From positions 26,598-90,597 of the forward strand of contig PSLZ01000005.1 of NCBI GenBank assembly GCA_040289885.1: 64,000 bases of DNA, given 5' to 3'. Shown here piece by piece: positions 29,125-38,838 of this stretch. This DNA comes from Armatimonadota bacterium. GTDB taxonomy: Bacteria > Armatimonadota > HRBIN16. Positions within the stretch are counted from its first letter, which is position 1, and every line of letters begins with the position of its first letter. The position numbers were made by a program, and so were the translations under genes. The notes under the pieces were generated by a model that saw nothing but the letters and a program-made list of their open reading frames with translations, was not told the DNA's origin and did not search any database.

Positions 29125-29763
29125 ATGAAAACCATCCTTGGCATCGGCTTGCTCGCCTTGTCTGTTCTCTCTGCGGGCGCACAGACCCTTCGCGGCGAAT
29201 ACGCTGAAGCCCGCACCTGCAGTGTCTATGCAGGAGGCTGTCACTACTCGGGCGAATATGTGACCGCCGGGCGCGAGGCTCTGCTGTTCTGGCACGTGCG
29301 CGAAGGCACGTGGAACGGCGTCGACCTGAGCGGTCTTTCTGTCATCGCCGCGGTGGTGGCGGATAACAACCTCGCCGAGCCTTCCGCTCAACGCAAGAGC
29401 GTGCTCTACATCGACGCCCGCGCCACCGCGCCTCAGCGAAAGGTGCTCGCAGACCTGTTCGCAGTGCGCTACGCGCCAGTGCTGGGCGAACTGCAGGCGG
29501 TGAAAACGGCAGACATCCGCTACACCCGGGAGGACGCTCAGATCAACGTCTCCGCTCCCGGCGTAGCGACGTTGTCCATCTCGCGCTACCCGTGCAGGCA
29601 CTGCGTTCAGCCCCATCAGGTATGGTATCAGCCGCTGGTGCCCGTGCACGACGCCGAGGTGGCAATGGTGAAGCTGTGCGCGTACCGTGACCGCCAGCTG
29701 GGCACGGTGTGGCAACGCAGTGAGGAGAACAGCGTGTTCGTGGGGGAGTTTACCCTGCGGTAG
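29125..29763 (+). CDS. secreted hypothetical protein (Cys-containing, no known domain)
   Basis: RBS GGAGGTGA; signal peptide MKTILGIGLLALSVLSAGAQT; 212 aa. Confidence 0.6.
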   Translation: MKTILGIGLLALSVLSAGAQTLRGEYAEARTCSVYAGGCHYSGEYVTAGREALLFWHVREGTWNGVDLSGLSVIAAVVADNNLAEPSAQRKSVLYIDARATAPQRKVLADLFAVRYAPVLGELQAVKTADIRYTREDAQINVSAPGVATLSISRYPCRHCVQPHQVWYQPLVPVHDAEVAMVKLCAYRDRQLGTVWQRSEENSVFVGEFTLR

Positions 29764-29769
29764 GTCTCT

Positions 29770-29970
29770 ATGAGTGAAGGCAAACCGGTCAGACGTATCC
29801 TCTGCCCGCGCTGTCGCCTGTACGATTCCGGGCGGCGACGGTGCCGTGTCGGCAAGGTGAACCCGCGCACCCGGCTGGATACCTACGAAACCGCGCAGGT
29901 GCTGGGTGTGCGGGCGATCTGCTCCTTCAACTTGTATCGCGACCAGATGCTCTCCCCCCCCAGTACATGA
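29770..29970 (+). CDS. small Arg/Cys-rich hypothetical protein (CxxC...C)
   Basis: 66-aa ORF 6 nt after upstream stop; CPRCRLYDSGRRRCRVGK; no clear RBS. Confidence 0.3.
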   Translation: MSEGKPVRRILCPRCRLYDSGRRRCRVGKVNPRTRLDTYETAQVLGVRAICSFNLYRDQMLSPPST

Positions 29971-30057
29971 AGGAAGCGCCGATAGGCAGTTCTCACTGAC
30001 GCACGGCGCTTCACTGTCTCAATTCTTGTGGTGGTGGCGGTTTGGCGTCCCCTGCGG

Positions 30058-30091
30058 TGCGCGCACCGCAGGGGTTTGGTTGTCACTTACG
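30058..30091. terminator. strong GC palindrome terminator (13-bp stem)
   Basis: cccctgcggtgcg|cgcaccgcagggg followed by TTTGGTTG; between convergent genes. Confidence 0.7.
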
Positions 30092-30836
30092 AGCGCTTGC
30101 GGCGAAGCAGGAACACCGCCGGCATGCCCGACAGGAACAGCATCCACGTCGAGGCGTCGGGGACGTTGGCGACGTAGACCACCATGTCCTGATAGTCGCG
30201 GTCAGCCCACGGCTGTCCGGTCGTCGGATGCCGGAACGGCGTGTCCTCTGCCCCAATGTAGTAGGCTTTCAACCCTGGCACAAGTGGCGGTGCTTCGAAG
30301 AACGCGAAGTGCTGGTCACTTGTTTGTCCAGGAGCATTCAGGTGGGACTCCGTGTACCAGGTGCCGCGGGGGTTCTCCAAATAGAACCCGAAGTCGGTGC
30401 TGCCAAGCGTCACAAGTGGGTTGAATATGATACTAGCACCGGGACCAGCACTGCCGTCGAACAGCTGTAGCCTGGTACTAGGATCACCCTTCTTGTAGAC
30501 ACCGAATTTGTTCGAACTGGCAAGTCCTGCAAGCTCGATCTTGATCGCCGCCCAGTCCGAACCCGGCGAGGTGAAGTACACTTCAGGGTCTGCACTTCCA
30601 CCTTCGCCTACCCAGGTTCGGCCAGGGAAGTATGGAGGCGCTCCCTGTGGTCCGATCTCCTTGCCAATGTTACCGTGTCCGGGATCCGAGCTCGGGTTGT
30701 CCCAGTACTCCCCCGAGTTGTCGGCTACCCAGTCTTGCCAGCTATAGGCCGCTTGCCCCTGCAGGGTCAACGCCCAGGCGCCCTGCACCGCCAGCGCCAA
30801 ATCGACCACCAATGCGAGTAGCACGAACCGTTTCAT
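30087..30836 (-). CDS. secreted PEP-CTERM sorting-domain protein
   Basis: Signal peptide MKRFVLLALVVDLALAVQGAWA; C-terminus VPDASTWMLFLSGMPAVFLLRRKRS (PEP-like motif + TM + basic tail); RBS GAAGGAGGAG. Confidence 0.75.
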   Translation of the reverse strand: MKRFVLLALVVDLALAVQGAWALTLQGQAAYSWQDWVADNSGEYWDNPSSDPGHGNIGKEIGPQGAPPYFPGRTWVGEGGSADPEVYFTSPGSDWAAIKIELAGLASSNKFGVYKKGDPSTRLQLFDGSAGPGASIIFNPLVTLGSTDFGFYLENPRGTWYTESHLNAPGQTSDQHFAFFEAPPLVPGLKAYYIGAEDTPFRHPTTGQPWADRDYQDMVVYVANVPDASTWMLFLSGMPAVFLLRRKRS

Positions 30837-30895
30837 CTTTCTCTTGCTCCTCCTTCACTTGATATTTTGGTTAGGGCTGCGAGTCCCTTCTCCAA

Positions 30896-30966
30896 CCTAT
30901 ATATATGCAAGAATCGTACCAAAACGGGGGTTTTGGGGCTTTTCGGGCAAAAATTTTTTTGAATTC
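30896..30966 (-). promoter_or_regulatory. sigma-54 promoter module (minus strand): AAAAATTTTT tract ... AAAACCCCCGTTTTGGTACGATTCTTGCATATATATAGG (-24 TGGTAC, -12 TTGCA)
   Basis: TGGYAC-N5-TTGCA core at 30906-30921 (reverse complement), ~58 nt upstream of the PEP-CTERM gene; same ~70-bp module recurs at 34921 and 59741. Confidence 0.6.
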
Positions 30967-31053
30967 TTTTCGCGTCCCATGCGATTCGAGGGCAACCCTA
31001 CCGATAATGAACAAAAATGTGTTATAATCATACTGTTACGAGGGCAAACATCC

Positions 31054-31821
31054 ATGAACGACACCCAAAACCAGCACCACGCCGTGGTGGTTATCCCCAC
31101 CTATAACGAGCGCGAAAATCTGCCCGTCCTCTGCCAGAAGGTGATGGAGGCAACGGGCGGTGGCGTGCATCTGCTGATTGTGGACGATAACTCGCCTGAC
31201 GGCACGGGCGTGCTCGCGGAAGAGCTGGCAAAACAGTATCCGCAAATCCACATCCTGCACCGCCAGCGCAAAGAGGGGCTTGGGCGCGCCTACGTGGCAG
31301 GTTTCCAGCGCGCGCTGGAGATAGGCTATCGCCTGATCGCCCAGATGGATGCTGACCTCTCGCACGACCCCGCCGACCTCCCGCGCCTGATAAAAGCCTC
31401 AGAGACCGCCGACCTGGTGATCGGTTCGCGCTATGTGCCGGGCGGAGACGTTAGCAACTGGTCACGTCAGCGCTATTGGCTAAGATTCTTCGCCAACCAG
31501 TATGTCCGCCTCATCACGCGCCTGCCATTGCGCGACGCCACAGGTGGATACCGCTGTTGGAAACGCGAGGTGCTGGAAGCCATTGACCTTTCCACCATCC
31601 GCTCCAACGGTTATGCTTTTCAGATAGAGATGGCGTATCGCGCCTGCCGGCTGGGCTTTCATGTTCAGGAAATCCCCATCGTTTTCACCGAGCGGCGCGC
31701 GGGCAAGTCCAAGCTCTCCAAGAGGGTCATCTGGGAGGCGATATGGCTTCCCTGGAAACTGCGCTTCGGCAAATCCGCCCCCTCCCGCGCCAGCACACGC
31801 CCCGCCCCCCCATCTATTTGA
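31054..31821 (+). CDS. GT2 family glycosyltransferase, polyprenol-phosphate mannose (DPM1-like) synthase
   Basis: VVIPTYNERENLP...LLIVDDNSPDGTG...DADLSHDP motifs; start ATG 31054 (RBS GAGGG, -10 TATAAT at 31024); ORF-track N-terminal 70 aa spurious. Confidence 0.82.
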   Translation: MNDTQNQHHAVVVIPTYNERENLPVLCQKVMEATGGGVHLLIVDDNSPDGTGVLAEELAKQYPQIHILHRQRKEGLGRAYVAGFQRALEIGYRLIAQMDADLSHDPADLPRLIKASETADLVIGSRYVPGGDVSNWSRQRYWLRFFANQYVRLITRLPLRDATGGYRCWKREVLEAIDLSTIRSNGYAFQIEMAYRACRLGFHVQEIPIVFTERRAGKSKLSKRVIWEAIWLPWKLRFGKSAPSRASTRPAPPSI

Positions 31822-31950
31822 CAGCTTCTCCCCCCTGCGCTATAATATACATAGCAAAGGCGGGCATAGCATTATATAACGGTTTGCTTAGAAACCGTTC
31901 GCAGGGTGGGGACTGCCGTAGCGAAAGCGCCCGCCCCACATGGCGCACCC

Positions 31951-32125
31951 GTCATGCCGAGAAGCGTCGCCGTGATCATGCTGAGCATCAGCGAAGCATC
32001 TCGGTTGGGGTTCTTCGCTCCGCTCAGAATGACAGAGAGAGACTCACAATGACAAGAAGAGATGGCGCAGAATGATAGGGAAAAAGCAGTGCAGAATGAC
32101 GGGGAAACGAATGACAGAACGAGAA
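31951..32125. repeat. MITE/REP-like element, copy C (reverse orientation) followed by 5 degenerate ~20-bp tandem repeats of CAGAATGAC
   Basis: gcatctcggttggggttcttcgctccgctcagaatgaca (reverse complement of the GTCATTCTGAGC core), then cagaatgacagagagagact / cacaatgacaagaagag / cagaatgataggg / cagaatgacgggg / cgaatgacagaacg. Confidence 0.7.
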
Positions 32126-32164
32126 GACCCTTAGTCAACTAAGGAAACGGGGAGGTACAATGCC

Positions 32165-33244
32165 GTGAGTTTACCCGACGTCGAGGAACCCAGATACCTG
32201 CGCATCCAGCGCATCCTGGAGACGCAAATCCTGGAAGGCAAACTTCCGGCGGGAAGCCAACTGCCCGGCGAACGCGCGCTCGCCCGGCAATTTGGAGTCA
32301 GCCAGATGACTGTCAACCGCGCGATCCAGGAGCTGGTGCGCCGGGGACGCCTCTACCGCCGGTCGGGAGCGGGCACCTTCGTCACCGACGCGGTTCAGCC
32401 CGTGCGCGCTCACGGCGTGGTACTGGTCATCCCCTATGCGGAACACCCCCAGGCAGACACCTACCTGCGCGAGCCGTTCCGTGCCATGCGTGATGTCGCC
32501 CAAGCGCGCCAGCTGCCCCTACAGGTGGTACAGGCAGAGATCTGCGAATACACGCAAATCGCACAACGGCACGCGCAGGGCGCCCTGCTCTTCATCGCCC
32601 CGCCGATGGAGGCGTACGATGTGCTGGAACAGCTCTGGCAGGACGGGACGCGCTTTGTGGTCATGGGGGCATCCTGGCAGTCCAGCCCCTTCCCCTGCGT
32701 GGACAGCGATAACTTTGGTGGTGCGCGCCGCGCCGTCGAATACCTCCTCTCGCTGGGACACCGCCATATCGCCTACTTGAACGGCTGGCAGGGAAGCACC
32801 AACTGTGCGGACAGACTGCGCGGCTATCAACAGGCGATGGAGAAATGGAAAGTAGCCATCTGCCCCGAGTGGGTGGTGCAGGCTGGCTCGGATTCGCGCC
32901 TATCAGTGGAGGCACGTCAGCAGATGACCGACCTGCTCATCCGCGCGGAGCGGGTGACCGCCATCTTCACCGCAGGATACTACCTGGCGCTGGAAGCCCT
33001 TTCCCTGTTGCGCTCACTGGGCATGCGTGTGCCGGAAGACGTCAGCATCATCGGCTTTGACGACCCGCCCAGCGCCGTCCATCTCAGCCCGCCGCTGTCC
33101 ACCGTGCGCCAGCCCCTATACGAGATGGGACAGCATGCCATGGATATGCTTTTCGATGTGCTGACTGGCGCCACTCTACAACCCCAGCCGCTGTACCTGC
33201 CCACCGAGCTGGTGATTCGGGAGTCGTGCAGGCGTCTGGAGTAA
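32165..33244 (+). CDS. GntR-family HTH transcriptional regulator with LacI-type periplasmic-binding-protein-like sugar-binding domain
   Basis: N-terminal GntR HTH (RYLRIQRILETQILEGKLPAGSQLPGERALARQFGVSQMTVNRAIQELV); C-terminal Peripla_BP_3 fold; GTG start after GGAGGT. Confidence 0.75.
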   Translation: MSLPDVEEPRYLRIQRILETQILEGKLPAGSQLPGERALARQFGVSQMTVNRAIQELVRRGRLYRRSGAGTFVTDAVQPVRAHGVVLVIPYAEHPQADTYLREPFRAMRDVAQARQLPLQVVQAEICEYTQIAQRHAQGALLFIAPPMEAYDVLEQLWQDGTRFVVMGASWQSSPFPCVDSDNFGGARRAVEYLLSLGHRHIAYLNGWQGSTNCADRLRGYQQAMEKWKVAICPEWVVQAGSDSRLSVEARQQMTDLLIRAERVTAIFTAGYYLALEALSLLRSLGMRVPEDVSIIGFDDPPSAVHLSPPLSTVRQPLYEMGQHAMDMLFDVLTGATLQPQPLYLPTELVIRESCRRLE

Positions 33245-33363
33245 CCCGCTTCTTTACGGGTTTTCACCGCACAACGAGCCAATGCTAGTAGATTTGTCGT
33301 GCAGGTTTCGCGCCCCGTCTGCCGAGCACTAAAACGGTGCAACCCTTGTGCAGGAGGGGGGAT

Positions 33364-33651
33364 ATGGTGAAGACGCTGATCTATTGCCATCGAGACTGGA
33401 ACGACAGCGCGGGCGAATGGAGTGCACGACGCAATCTGTGTGTTCAGACAAGCCGGGAGCTGGGGCTGGTGAACACGGTAGAAGCTGAAGACTTCGCCAC
33501 CCTCCAACGGCTCTGTACGCGTGAGGGATACCAACACGTAATCGTGCCCAGTACGATGCACACCCCACCAGAGGTGCTCCTGTGGCTGAAAAAGCAGGGG
33601 ATCCGTATCCACGACGCCACGCGCCTGCTAGCGAACCGGGCTAGTAGATAG
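33364..33651 (+). CDS. small hypothetical protein
   Basis: 95 aa [19 protein letters not shown]...; RBS GGAGGGGGG 4 nt before ATG. Confidence 0.5.
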   Translation: MVKTLIYCHRDWNDSAGEWSARRNLCVQTSRELGLVNTVEAEDFATLQRLCTREGYQHVIVPSTMHTPPEVLLWLKKQGIRIHDATRLLANRASR

Positions 33652-34747
33652 CCTTCTGCGTCTCCTTATCAAACAGGTGCGTCTTGTCCATGTCCAGCAC
33701 GATCTCCAGCTCCTCTCCTTCCTTCGCCTTCGTATCGGCGTCGATAGTGGCGACGAGCTGGTGCGTGCCAAGGGTCAAATACACCGTGACCACCGCCCCC
33801 ATCGGCTCGATGACGTCGACCATCGCCTTGAGTGTGTTCCCGTCGTGCGCGGTGGTCATGGGCGCCAGCGCCTTGTCGAAAATATCCTCCGGGCGCACGC
33901 CGAACACCACCTGCTTGTCCACCCAAGGCTGAACCTTATCCGCGGCGAACTTGGGCAGAAGCAGTTTGAAATCGCCGCCGTCCACATAGTATTCCTCGCC
34001 GCTGCGCTTCAGCGTCACATCGAGGAAGTTCATCGGTGGCGTACCGATGAAGCCGGCGACGAACATGTTCACCGGGTAATGATAGATGTTTAGCGGGGTA
34101 TCCACCTGCTGTAGAACGCCGTCTTTGATGACCGCGATGCGGTCGCCCATCGTCATCGCTTCCACCTGGTCATGCGTGACGTAAATGGTGGTGACCGCCA
34201 GTCGCCTCTGCAGTTTGATCAGCTCGGCACGCGTCTGCACGCGTAGTTTGGCGTCCAGGTTGGAGAGCGGCTCGTCCATCAGGAACACCTGCGGCTCGCG
34301 AACGATCGCACGCCCCAGCGCGACCCGCTGTCGCTGACCGCCCGATAACTGCTTGGGCTTGCGGTCCAAAAGCCCTTCCAACCCCAGCAGTTTCGCTGCC
34401 TCATGCACCCTGCGCTGAATCTCCGCCTTGGGGAACTTACGCATGCGCAGAGCGAACGCCATGTTGTCGTACACCGTCATGTGAGGATACAGCGCGTAGT
34501 TCTGGAACACCATAGCGATATCGCGGTCCTTAGGCTGAACGTCGTTCACCAGCCGGTCGCCGATGTATATTTCGCCGGAGGTGACCTCTTCCAGCCCAGC
34601 GATCATGCGCAGTGCGGTGGTCTTCCCACAGCCAGAAGGTCCTACCAGCACGAGAAACTCTTTATCTTTGATCTCCAGATTGAGGTCGTTGACGGCAACG
34701 ACGTTTTTGAATACTTTGGTCAGATGCTTTAGCGTGACCGATGCCAC
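33641..34747 (-). CDS. ABC transporter ATP-binding protein, MalK/UgpC/MsmX (CUT1) family
   Basis: Walker [10 protein letters not shown], signature LSGGQRQR, Walker [13 protein letters not shown]-terminal TOBE domain; GTG start after GGAGGG. Confidence 0.9.
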   Translation of the reverse strand: MASVTLKHLTKVFKNVVAVNDLNLEIKDKEFLVLVGPSGCGKTTALRMIAGLEEVTSGEIYIGDRLVNDVQPKDRDIAMVFQNYALYPHMTVYDNMAFALRMRKFPKAEIQRRVHEAAKLLGLEGLLDRKPKQLSGGQRQRVALGRAIVREPQVFLMDEPLSNLDAKLRVQTRAELIKLQRRLAVTTIYVTHDQVEAMTMGDRIAVIKDGVLQQVDTPLNIYHYPVNMFVAGFIGTPPMNFLDVTLKRSGEEYYVDGGDFKLLLPKFAADKVQPWVDKQVVFGVRPEDIFDKALAPMTTAHDGNTLKAMVDVIEPMGAVVTVYLTLGTHQLVATIDADTKAKEGEELEIVLDMDKTHLFDKETQKAIY

Positions 34748-34920
34748 GGCTCACCGCCCTCCGGTTGAGTGTTTATCTCCTATTTATCATAGGGGAAAGC
34801 GATTCCTGCTGTCAAGCCGCCGTAGCTTTCCACCCTCAGATTGAATGAGACACCGACCAAGTTACTTCGCCAAACAATGTAGCCGTAGCGTCGAAACCCA
34901 TAATGCCCACAGGACGCCCA

Positions 34921-34995
34921 AAAAAATCTCACAATTTTTTGCGTCAAAAAGAGGAAAAACCCCGTTTTTGGTACGAATCTTGCAGTATATATACG
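34921..34995 (+). promoter_or_regulatory. sigma-54 promoter module (plus strand): CACAATTTTTT...AAAAACCCCGTTTTTGGTACGAATCTTGCAGTATATATAC
   Basis: -24 TGGTAC 34969-34974, -12 TTGCA 34980-34984; ~65 nt upstream of the PEP-CTERM/C-type lectin gene. Confidence 0.6.
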
Positions 34996-35048
34996 GCGGG
35001 AAGACACGACACGATGAATCCCTATATGGGATGAAAGGAGGTACGACT

Positions 35049-35615
35049 GTGTTGTTCAGCGTCTATCGTCGGATAGGGCTGATAGCTGGCTTGAGCCTGC
35101 TTTTCGTACATGCGGCGCACAGCTACACCCTGCTTAACTCGACCGTCTGGTCGGTCAATGGACACCTCTACCAGGTCTATGGCGGTTCCAGCACTTGGGA
35201 CGACGCCGCAGCCTTCGCCAGCACGGTGCAGGTGCCAGGATTCTACAATGGCTACCTGGCGACTGTGCATAGCGACGCGGAAAATACCGTCATCACCAAC
35301 CTGCTGACCCTGCCCGCCTGGTTGGGAGGCTACCAACCCCCAGGCGAGCTCAACCCGAATGCCAACTGGCGATGGGTGTCGGGCGAACCGTGGACCTACA
35401 CGAACTGGTACCCCGGCCAGCCGGACGACCATCTCGGTCCCGGTAGCGAGCCGTACCTGGTTATCTACACGAACGGAATGTGGCATGACTACCCGGGAGG
35501 TACTGCCACTCGCCCATCGTTCGTGGTAGAGCTGAACCCGGTTCCCGACCCAGCGAGTATTCTCGGACTAGGCATGGGTGTAGCAGGTCTGTTCCTGCGC
35601 CGCCGCAAACGCTAA
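35049..35615 (+). CDS. secreted C-type lectin-like domain protein with PEP-CTERM anchor
   Basis: RBS AAGGAGGT 6 nt before GTG 35049; signal peptide; WLGGY...NWRWVSGEPWTYTNWYPGQPDD...YLVIYTNGMWHD (CTLD-like); C-terminus PVPDPASILGLGMGVAGLFLRRRKR. Confidence 0.75.
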   Translation: MLFSVYRRIGLIAGLSLLFVHAAHSYTLLNSTVWSVNGHLYQVYGGSSTWDDAAAFASTVQVPGFYNGYLATVHSDAENTVITNLLTLPAWLGGYQPPGELNPNANWRWVSGEPWTYTNWYPGQPDDHLGPGSEPYLVIYTNGMWHDYPGGTATRPSFVVELNPVPDPASILGLGMGVAGLFLRRRKR

Positions 35616-35693
35616 ACGGCAAGCAATCGTCTGGCGCTTTGTAAAAACCGGTGCTCTCGATCTAGCAGCGAGAGAGAAGGATAGTTTTTGTCT

Positions 35694-35727
35694 AAACGGC
35701 AGGTGTTAACCTGCCGTTCTGCCTTTG
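35694..35727 (+). terminator. rho-independent terminator
   Basis: aacggcagg-tgttaa-cctgccgtt followed by ctgcctttgg. Confidence 0.6.
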
Positions 35728-35781
35728 GCATTACCCGCAAGCCCTGAAGTACAAAAAGTCGCAGCACCCTGCGTCTGTCCC

Positions 35782-35810
35782 TTGAAAGTTCTTGCAACCC
35801 GTAGTATACT
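35782..35810 (+). promoter_or_regulatory. sigma-70 type promoter (-35 TTGAAA, 17-bp spacer, -10 TATACT)
   Basis: Canonical spacing; ~190 nt upstream of the tetR-family gene. Confidence 0.45.
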
Positions 35811-35997
35811 ATTACCAGATTCAATTAACCATTTAGCTATGACTGAAACGTGACCAGAGACACTTGCTAACAACCGTTAGGGCTCAAGCGCGTTTGAAGC
35901 AGGATGACAAATGGCTGGTGCCCAAATGGAACAAGCACAATCAACCGGTAGCATGTTAATGCCAAATCCATGAAACAGATACCTTTGGAGGGAAGAG

Positions 35998-36606
35998 ATG
36001 CAGGAACCCCAAGTAACCAGCAAACGACCGACCGCACGTGACCGCATCATGCGCGCCGCGGAAGCCCTCTTCGCCGAACACGGCTTCGAAGCCACGTCCA
36101 TCGGTGAGATCGCCCTGCGCGCACACGTGAACCGTGCCCTGCTGTACTACTATTTCGAGCACAAGGAGGACCTGTACCACCAGCTCCTGCAAGAGGGCGT
36201 GGAGAAACTGCGAGCGGTCGTGCTCAACGCGCTCAACGTGACCGAATCCGTACGGGAAGCGATACGCACGTTCCTGCGCGGCTACCTGCAGATCGCGTAC
36301 CATAACCCCGGGCTGGTGCGTATCGTCTACCGAGAGATCGCCGGAGCACAGCGCGGGGACCAGGAGAGCCAGAGGCTCGTTCAACAGTTCATGCAGACCG
36401 TCGCCCAGATGGAGCAGGTTTTACAAAGAGGTATCAAAAGCGGAGAGCTGGTGCCCCACGATACCAGCAAAAGCGTGTATATGCTGTTCGGCATGACCAA
36501 TGTCTTCGTGACCCTCACCTACCTCGAACAGGCATACTACCCGCCAGACGAGATAATAGACCATATCCTTCAGGTCTTCTTCGAGGGATTGGGTGCACGC
36601 TCATAA
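35998..36606 (+). CDS. TetR/AcrR family transcriptional regulator
   Basis: N-terminal HTH RIMRAAEALFAEHGFEATSIGEIALRAHVNRALLYYYF; RBS GGAGGGAAG. Confidence 0.88.
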   Translation: MQEPQVTSKRPTARDRIMRAAEALFAEHGFEATSIGEIALRAHVNRALLYYYFEHKEDLYHQLLQEGVEKLRAVVLNALNVTESVREAIRTFLRGYLQIAYHNPGLVRIVYREIAGAQRGDQESQRLVQQFMQTVAQMEQVLQRGIKSGELVPHDTSKSVYMLFGMTNVFVTLTYLEQAYYPPDEIIDHILQVFFEGLGARS

Positions 36607-36646
36607 GCGGTTGCACCCATGTCGTGTGGCGGTGCTGGTGCGATGG

Positions 36647-38635
36647 CTACGTCTCTAGCACCAGTGCCGCTACGGTACTCAGCAGTTCCGCATCGTGCCG
36701 GGTGAACTTGCGCGGCTGAAGGGTATATACCGCCAGCAGGCTGGTAGGCTTCTTGCCTCCGATGGGCACTGCCAGACAAGATGCCATCCCTTCACGCTGG
36801 ACAAATGGGTCGTCCCGAAACCGCACATCGGCGGAAGCCTGATAAACCAGAAGCGGGCGCCCCGTCTTTAACACCCACCCCATGCTCGCCATGCCTGTCG
36901 CCTCTTCGTCGTCCAGCAGGGTCGCCATTCGCGAGCCGCTCACCGCCATCGGCTTGATGCGGTTCCCTTCTACCATGTAGTAGATCGCGCGGTCCGCGCG
37001 CAACACCTCGGCGGCGATATTGGCAATCAATTGGGGAACTTCGCCCTGCTTGACCGTGCTCCCAATAGCCTTCGCCACCCGCAAGAAGTACTGGCGCAGG
37101 TCTTCCGACTTCTGCCGCTCTTCCTCATAGCGCATGGCGTTGTCAATGGCAACCGCAGCCTGATTGGCGATCGTGTACAGAAGCTCCATCTCCGCAATGG
37201 TAAACAGCCGCCGGCGACTGCTCATCGCTAGCATCACGCCCATCGGCTCCATGCCGACCTGCAGAGGCACACACGCCAGAGAAACAACCCCCTGCTGGTC
37301 CAGCGGAACCGCTGTGTTGCGAGGGTCGGCGGAGACATCCAACACATACACCGGGCTCTGGAACTCCAGCACCCAACCCGGAATCCCCTGCCCTTTGGTG
37401 GGGCGCAGACGGTCAAAATACACCGGGTCCACCCCGCGGCTCACATAGGTGCGCAGAACACCCTCGTTGCTGTCGTACAGCATCAACGCGAACTTGTCCA
37501 CCTGCAGGAGCCGAAGCACGCTGTCCGCCACCAAGTCCAGCACGCTGTGCAGTTCCAGCGACGAGTTGACCGACTGCGACAGCTCGTAAATCGAGGTTGC
37601 CTCCTCCGCACGCCGATGGGCATCCTCATACAGCAGGGCGTTCTCGATGGCGATACCAGCCTGCGACGCAACGCCGTTCAGCAGTTTCAGGTCGGCTTCG
37701 GTGTAGGCGTTGCGGCTGGTGCTGGTGACCAACAGCAGTCCCAGCGTCTTCGTGCGCGATCTAACGGGTGCATACAACGCAGAATGGATCCGCAGGCGCG
37801 GCACAAACTGCTCCACCCCAGGCTCTAGGTCCGCAGCGTTGACCAGTCGCGGCTCGCCACTGCGCAAGACCTCCGCCTGCAAGCCTTCATCCGCCGCCAG
37901 CATGATTTCGCGCTCCTCGCCTTCCAGCCCCCGCTCCGCCGCAATGAACAGGTGCGTGCGCTCGTCATTAAGCAGAAACAGCACGGCGAACGCATGAGGG
38001 AGATGCGCCGCAACCTCCTCTAGAACCGTGTCTAGCACCTGATTGAGGTTCAAACTACTGCCGATGCTCTGCGCGGCGTGGTACATCACCTCCAGCTCGC
38101 GCCGCAGACGGTCATTGCGCTGTTCTAGCTGCCGACGCCGCCACAGGCTGGCAACATGCGATGCCAGTATCTGAAGGCTCCGAATATCCGAAGAATCGAA
38201 CCGCGAGCCGTCACGCTTGTTGAGCACTGCCAGCGCACCAAGTATCTGCTGGTCACACTGTATCGGCACCACCGCCGCGCCGCGCAGGCGCGTTCCACCC
38301 AGCAGACTCTCCATCACAGGGTCGGCATGCATGGGGTAGAAGGGGATGGCGTTCTCACCGCGGCGCACCGTGCTCTCCATCAACGAGTTCTCCACACGAA
38401 ACACCGTACCGCGAAGGTCCTGTATTCCCTCTCCCGCAACCGCTACCAGGCGCAGCTTTGCCTCGCTCTCGGTGAGGAAAGCCACCGCGCTCGCACTGGC
38501 GTCGGTCAACACGCAGGCTTCCTCCGCGATGCGGCGTAACGCCTCCTCCAGCGGCAAGGGGTCTACGGCTATCTGCGCCGCCCGGTGAAATCCGGCAACC
38601 TGCTGTTCCCACGAGACGATGCTCTCTGTGTCCAT
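36647..38635 (-). CDS. multi-GAF domain sensor protein (about four tandem GAF domains, no recognisable output domain)
   Basis: ~660 aa of repeated GAF-like units; start ATG 38635 (MDTESIV) after GAAGGGG; ORF-track upstream 34 aa look spurious. Confidence 0.7.
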   Translation of the reverse strand: MDTESIVSWEQQVAGFHRAAQIAVDPLPLEEALRRIAEEACVLTDASASAVAFLTESEAKLRLVAVAGEGIQDLRGTVFRVENSLMESTVRRGENAIPFYPMHADPVMESLLGGTRLRGAAVVPIQCDQQILGALAVLNKRDGSRFDSSDIRSLQILASHVASLWRRRQLEQRNDRLRRELEVMYHAAQSIGSSLNLNQVLDTVLEEVAAHLPHAFAVLFLLNDERTHLFIAAERGLEGEEREIMLAADEGLQAEVLRSGEPRLVNAADLEPGVEQFVPRLRIHSALYAPVRSRTKTLGLLLVTSTSRNAYTEADLKLLNGVASQAGIAIENALLYEDAHRRAEEATSIYELSQSVNSSLELHSVLDLVADSVLRLLQVDKFALMLYDSNEGVLRTYVSRGVDPVYFDRLRPTKGQGIPGWVLEFQSPVYVLDVSADPRNTAVPLDQQGVVSLACVPLQVGMEPMGVMLAMSSRRRLFTIAEMELLYTIANQAAVAIDNAMRYEEERQKSEDLRQYFLRVAKAIGSTVKQGEVPQLIANIAAEVLRADRAIYYMVEGNRIKPMAVSGSRMATLLDDEEATGMASMGWVLKTGRPLLVYQASADVRFRDDPFVQREGMASCLAVPIGGKKPTSLLAVYTLQPRKFTRHDAELLSTVAALVLET

Positions 38636-38838
38636 GCCCTGCCCCTTCGCTCTGGGCAAATGTTCTATTGCACCATTATTGTTACTACACCTGTCAACCT
38701 TTGTCAAGCAAAGATGCACATGTGAACACTTCGACACTCCCGCTTTTTCTCCTGCGCCCAGCAGGAATGAACGCTTCGTGTGGTAAAATATTAGTTACCC
38801 AAAGCGTAATCTCTCCGACGCAAAGGAGGTTCTCGAAC

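Noticed and set aside
31951-32125. Possible CRISPR array suggested by short direct repeats
   Set aside because: Repeats are degenerate, spacers are not uniform in length, there is no leader or cas genes, and the units are variants of the dispersed GTCATTCTGAGC element.
38668-38838. N-terminal extension of acs ([10 protein letters not shown]...)
   Set aside because: No RBS; the canonical Acs N-terminus and strong RBS are at 38839; the region is the divergent promoter for acs and the GAF gene.
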